Positions 55,047 through 55,370 of a DNA stretch of 55,370 nt are shown here, one piece after another. The stretch spans positions 1-55,370 of the forward strand of contig JAQBFJ010000157.1 of NCBI GenBank assembly GCA_032123435.1, in the 5' to 3' direction. Positions within the stretch are counted from its first letter, which is position 1. Each line of letters opens with the position of its first letter. This DNA is from Verrucomicrobiota bacterium. Lineage in GTDB: Bacteria > Verrucomicrobiota > Kiritimatiellia > UBA8416 > JAQBFJ01. The notes beneath the pieces were generated by a model, which saw nothing but the letters and a program-made list of their open reading frames with translations, was not told the origin of the DNA and did not search any database. The position numbers and the translations under genes are program-made.

Positions 55047-55370
55047 ATGAAAGTTGTGAAAACAGTGCTGTCTTTCTGGATGTGCCTGATATTCCTTTCT
55101 TCGGGACTATCTGGCCTCACCATTTGCATAACCCCGGACGGCCACATCTGCCTCAAACTCGCAGGAAGTAACACGCCTAGTGAGCCCTGTTCGCAGAGTC
55201 ATGAAGATTGCCAAGACCGTGATGATCAAGGCATGTCGCACCCCACAGCAGAACGATGCTGTTACAAATGCGTCGACATGCCTCTTCCTGGTGCCAAGAT
55301 TCCAGAGTGTACGGTACAGCAACCGGAGGTCACAAAGATCTCAAAGGTGCGCCTTGCGACCTGCTTGAAC
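55047..55370 (+). CDS. Partial CDS (5' end; runs off the window): secreted Cys/His-rich hypothetical protein
   Basis: 108 codons open to the window edge, checked codon by codon. It is absent from the ORF track because no stop lies in the window. Signal-peptide-like MKVVKTVLSFWMCLIFLSSGLSG, then CITPDGHICLKL, HEDC, CCYKCVDMPLP. Confidence 0.5.
   Translation, partial: MKVVKTVLSFWMCLIFLSSGLSGLTICITPDGHICLKLAGSNTPSEPCSQSHEDCQDRDDQGMSHPTAERCCYKCVDMPLPGAKIPECTVQQPEVTKISKVRLATCLN

Noticed and set aside
1-55370. tRNA, rRNA, CRISPR and riboswitch genes.
   Set aside because: A manual scan of intergenic regions for T-loop cores (GGTTCGAATCC-type and complements), rRNA-like stretches and repeat-spacer arrays found nothing. 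A proper tRNAscan-SE/Infernal run is needed to be certain.

Overview
55.4-kb bacterial chromosomal window from a diderm organism. It has an Mla lipid-transport module and lipobox lipoproteins. Gene content and the style of the intergenic repeats suggest a PVC-type lineage, but taxonomy cannot be established from the sequence alone. I support about 43 protein genes. I saw no rRNA, tRNA or CRISPR array by eye.

Backbone:
- A roughly 24-kb co-directional minus-strand array: nusA-infB-rbfA-truB-ribF-rpsO-pnp, then a five-gene ABC-2 module, rlmN-rsmB, pdxB, an arabinose cluster (FucI-family isomerase, araB, araD), and mnmE-mnmG.
- A tightly packed argF / pyrB-like / repeat-lipoprotein / mlaE-mlaF-mlaD array.
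- guaB, a DUF89 phosphatase, a GH38 alpha-mannosidase, a nitroreductase, an aldose epimerase, an M16C (PreP-like) peptidase, and an RND/MMPL-type exporter with a Ste24-like M48 protease.

Accessory DNA:
- A GC-rich AbiEi/AbiEii module at 701-2181.
- An IS1634-like insertion sequence with perfect 23-bp terminal inverted repeats at 52837-54837, in an AT-rich patch. Next to it are a GNAT gene remnant and a partial secreted Cys/His-rich ORF that the ORF track misses.

Best candidates for something undescribed:
1. A stand-alone minimal class III nucleotidyl cyclase (14812-15588) followed by a 629-aa partner with no recognisable effector or cNMP-binding domain.
2. A 491-aa lipoprotein made of about 15 tandem W/F-P-L repeats, translationally coupled into the Mla operon.
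3. An ABC-2 module with two divergent permeases plus a helical-repeat membrane protein and a small acidic single-pass protein.
4. A family of nested-hairpin intergenic elements sharing a GAGAGTTTTACCA core.

All functional calls come from reading motifs in the supplied translations. No database search was run.
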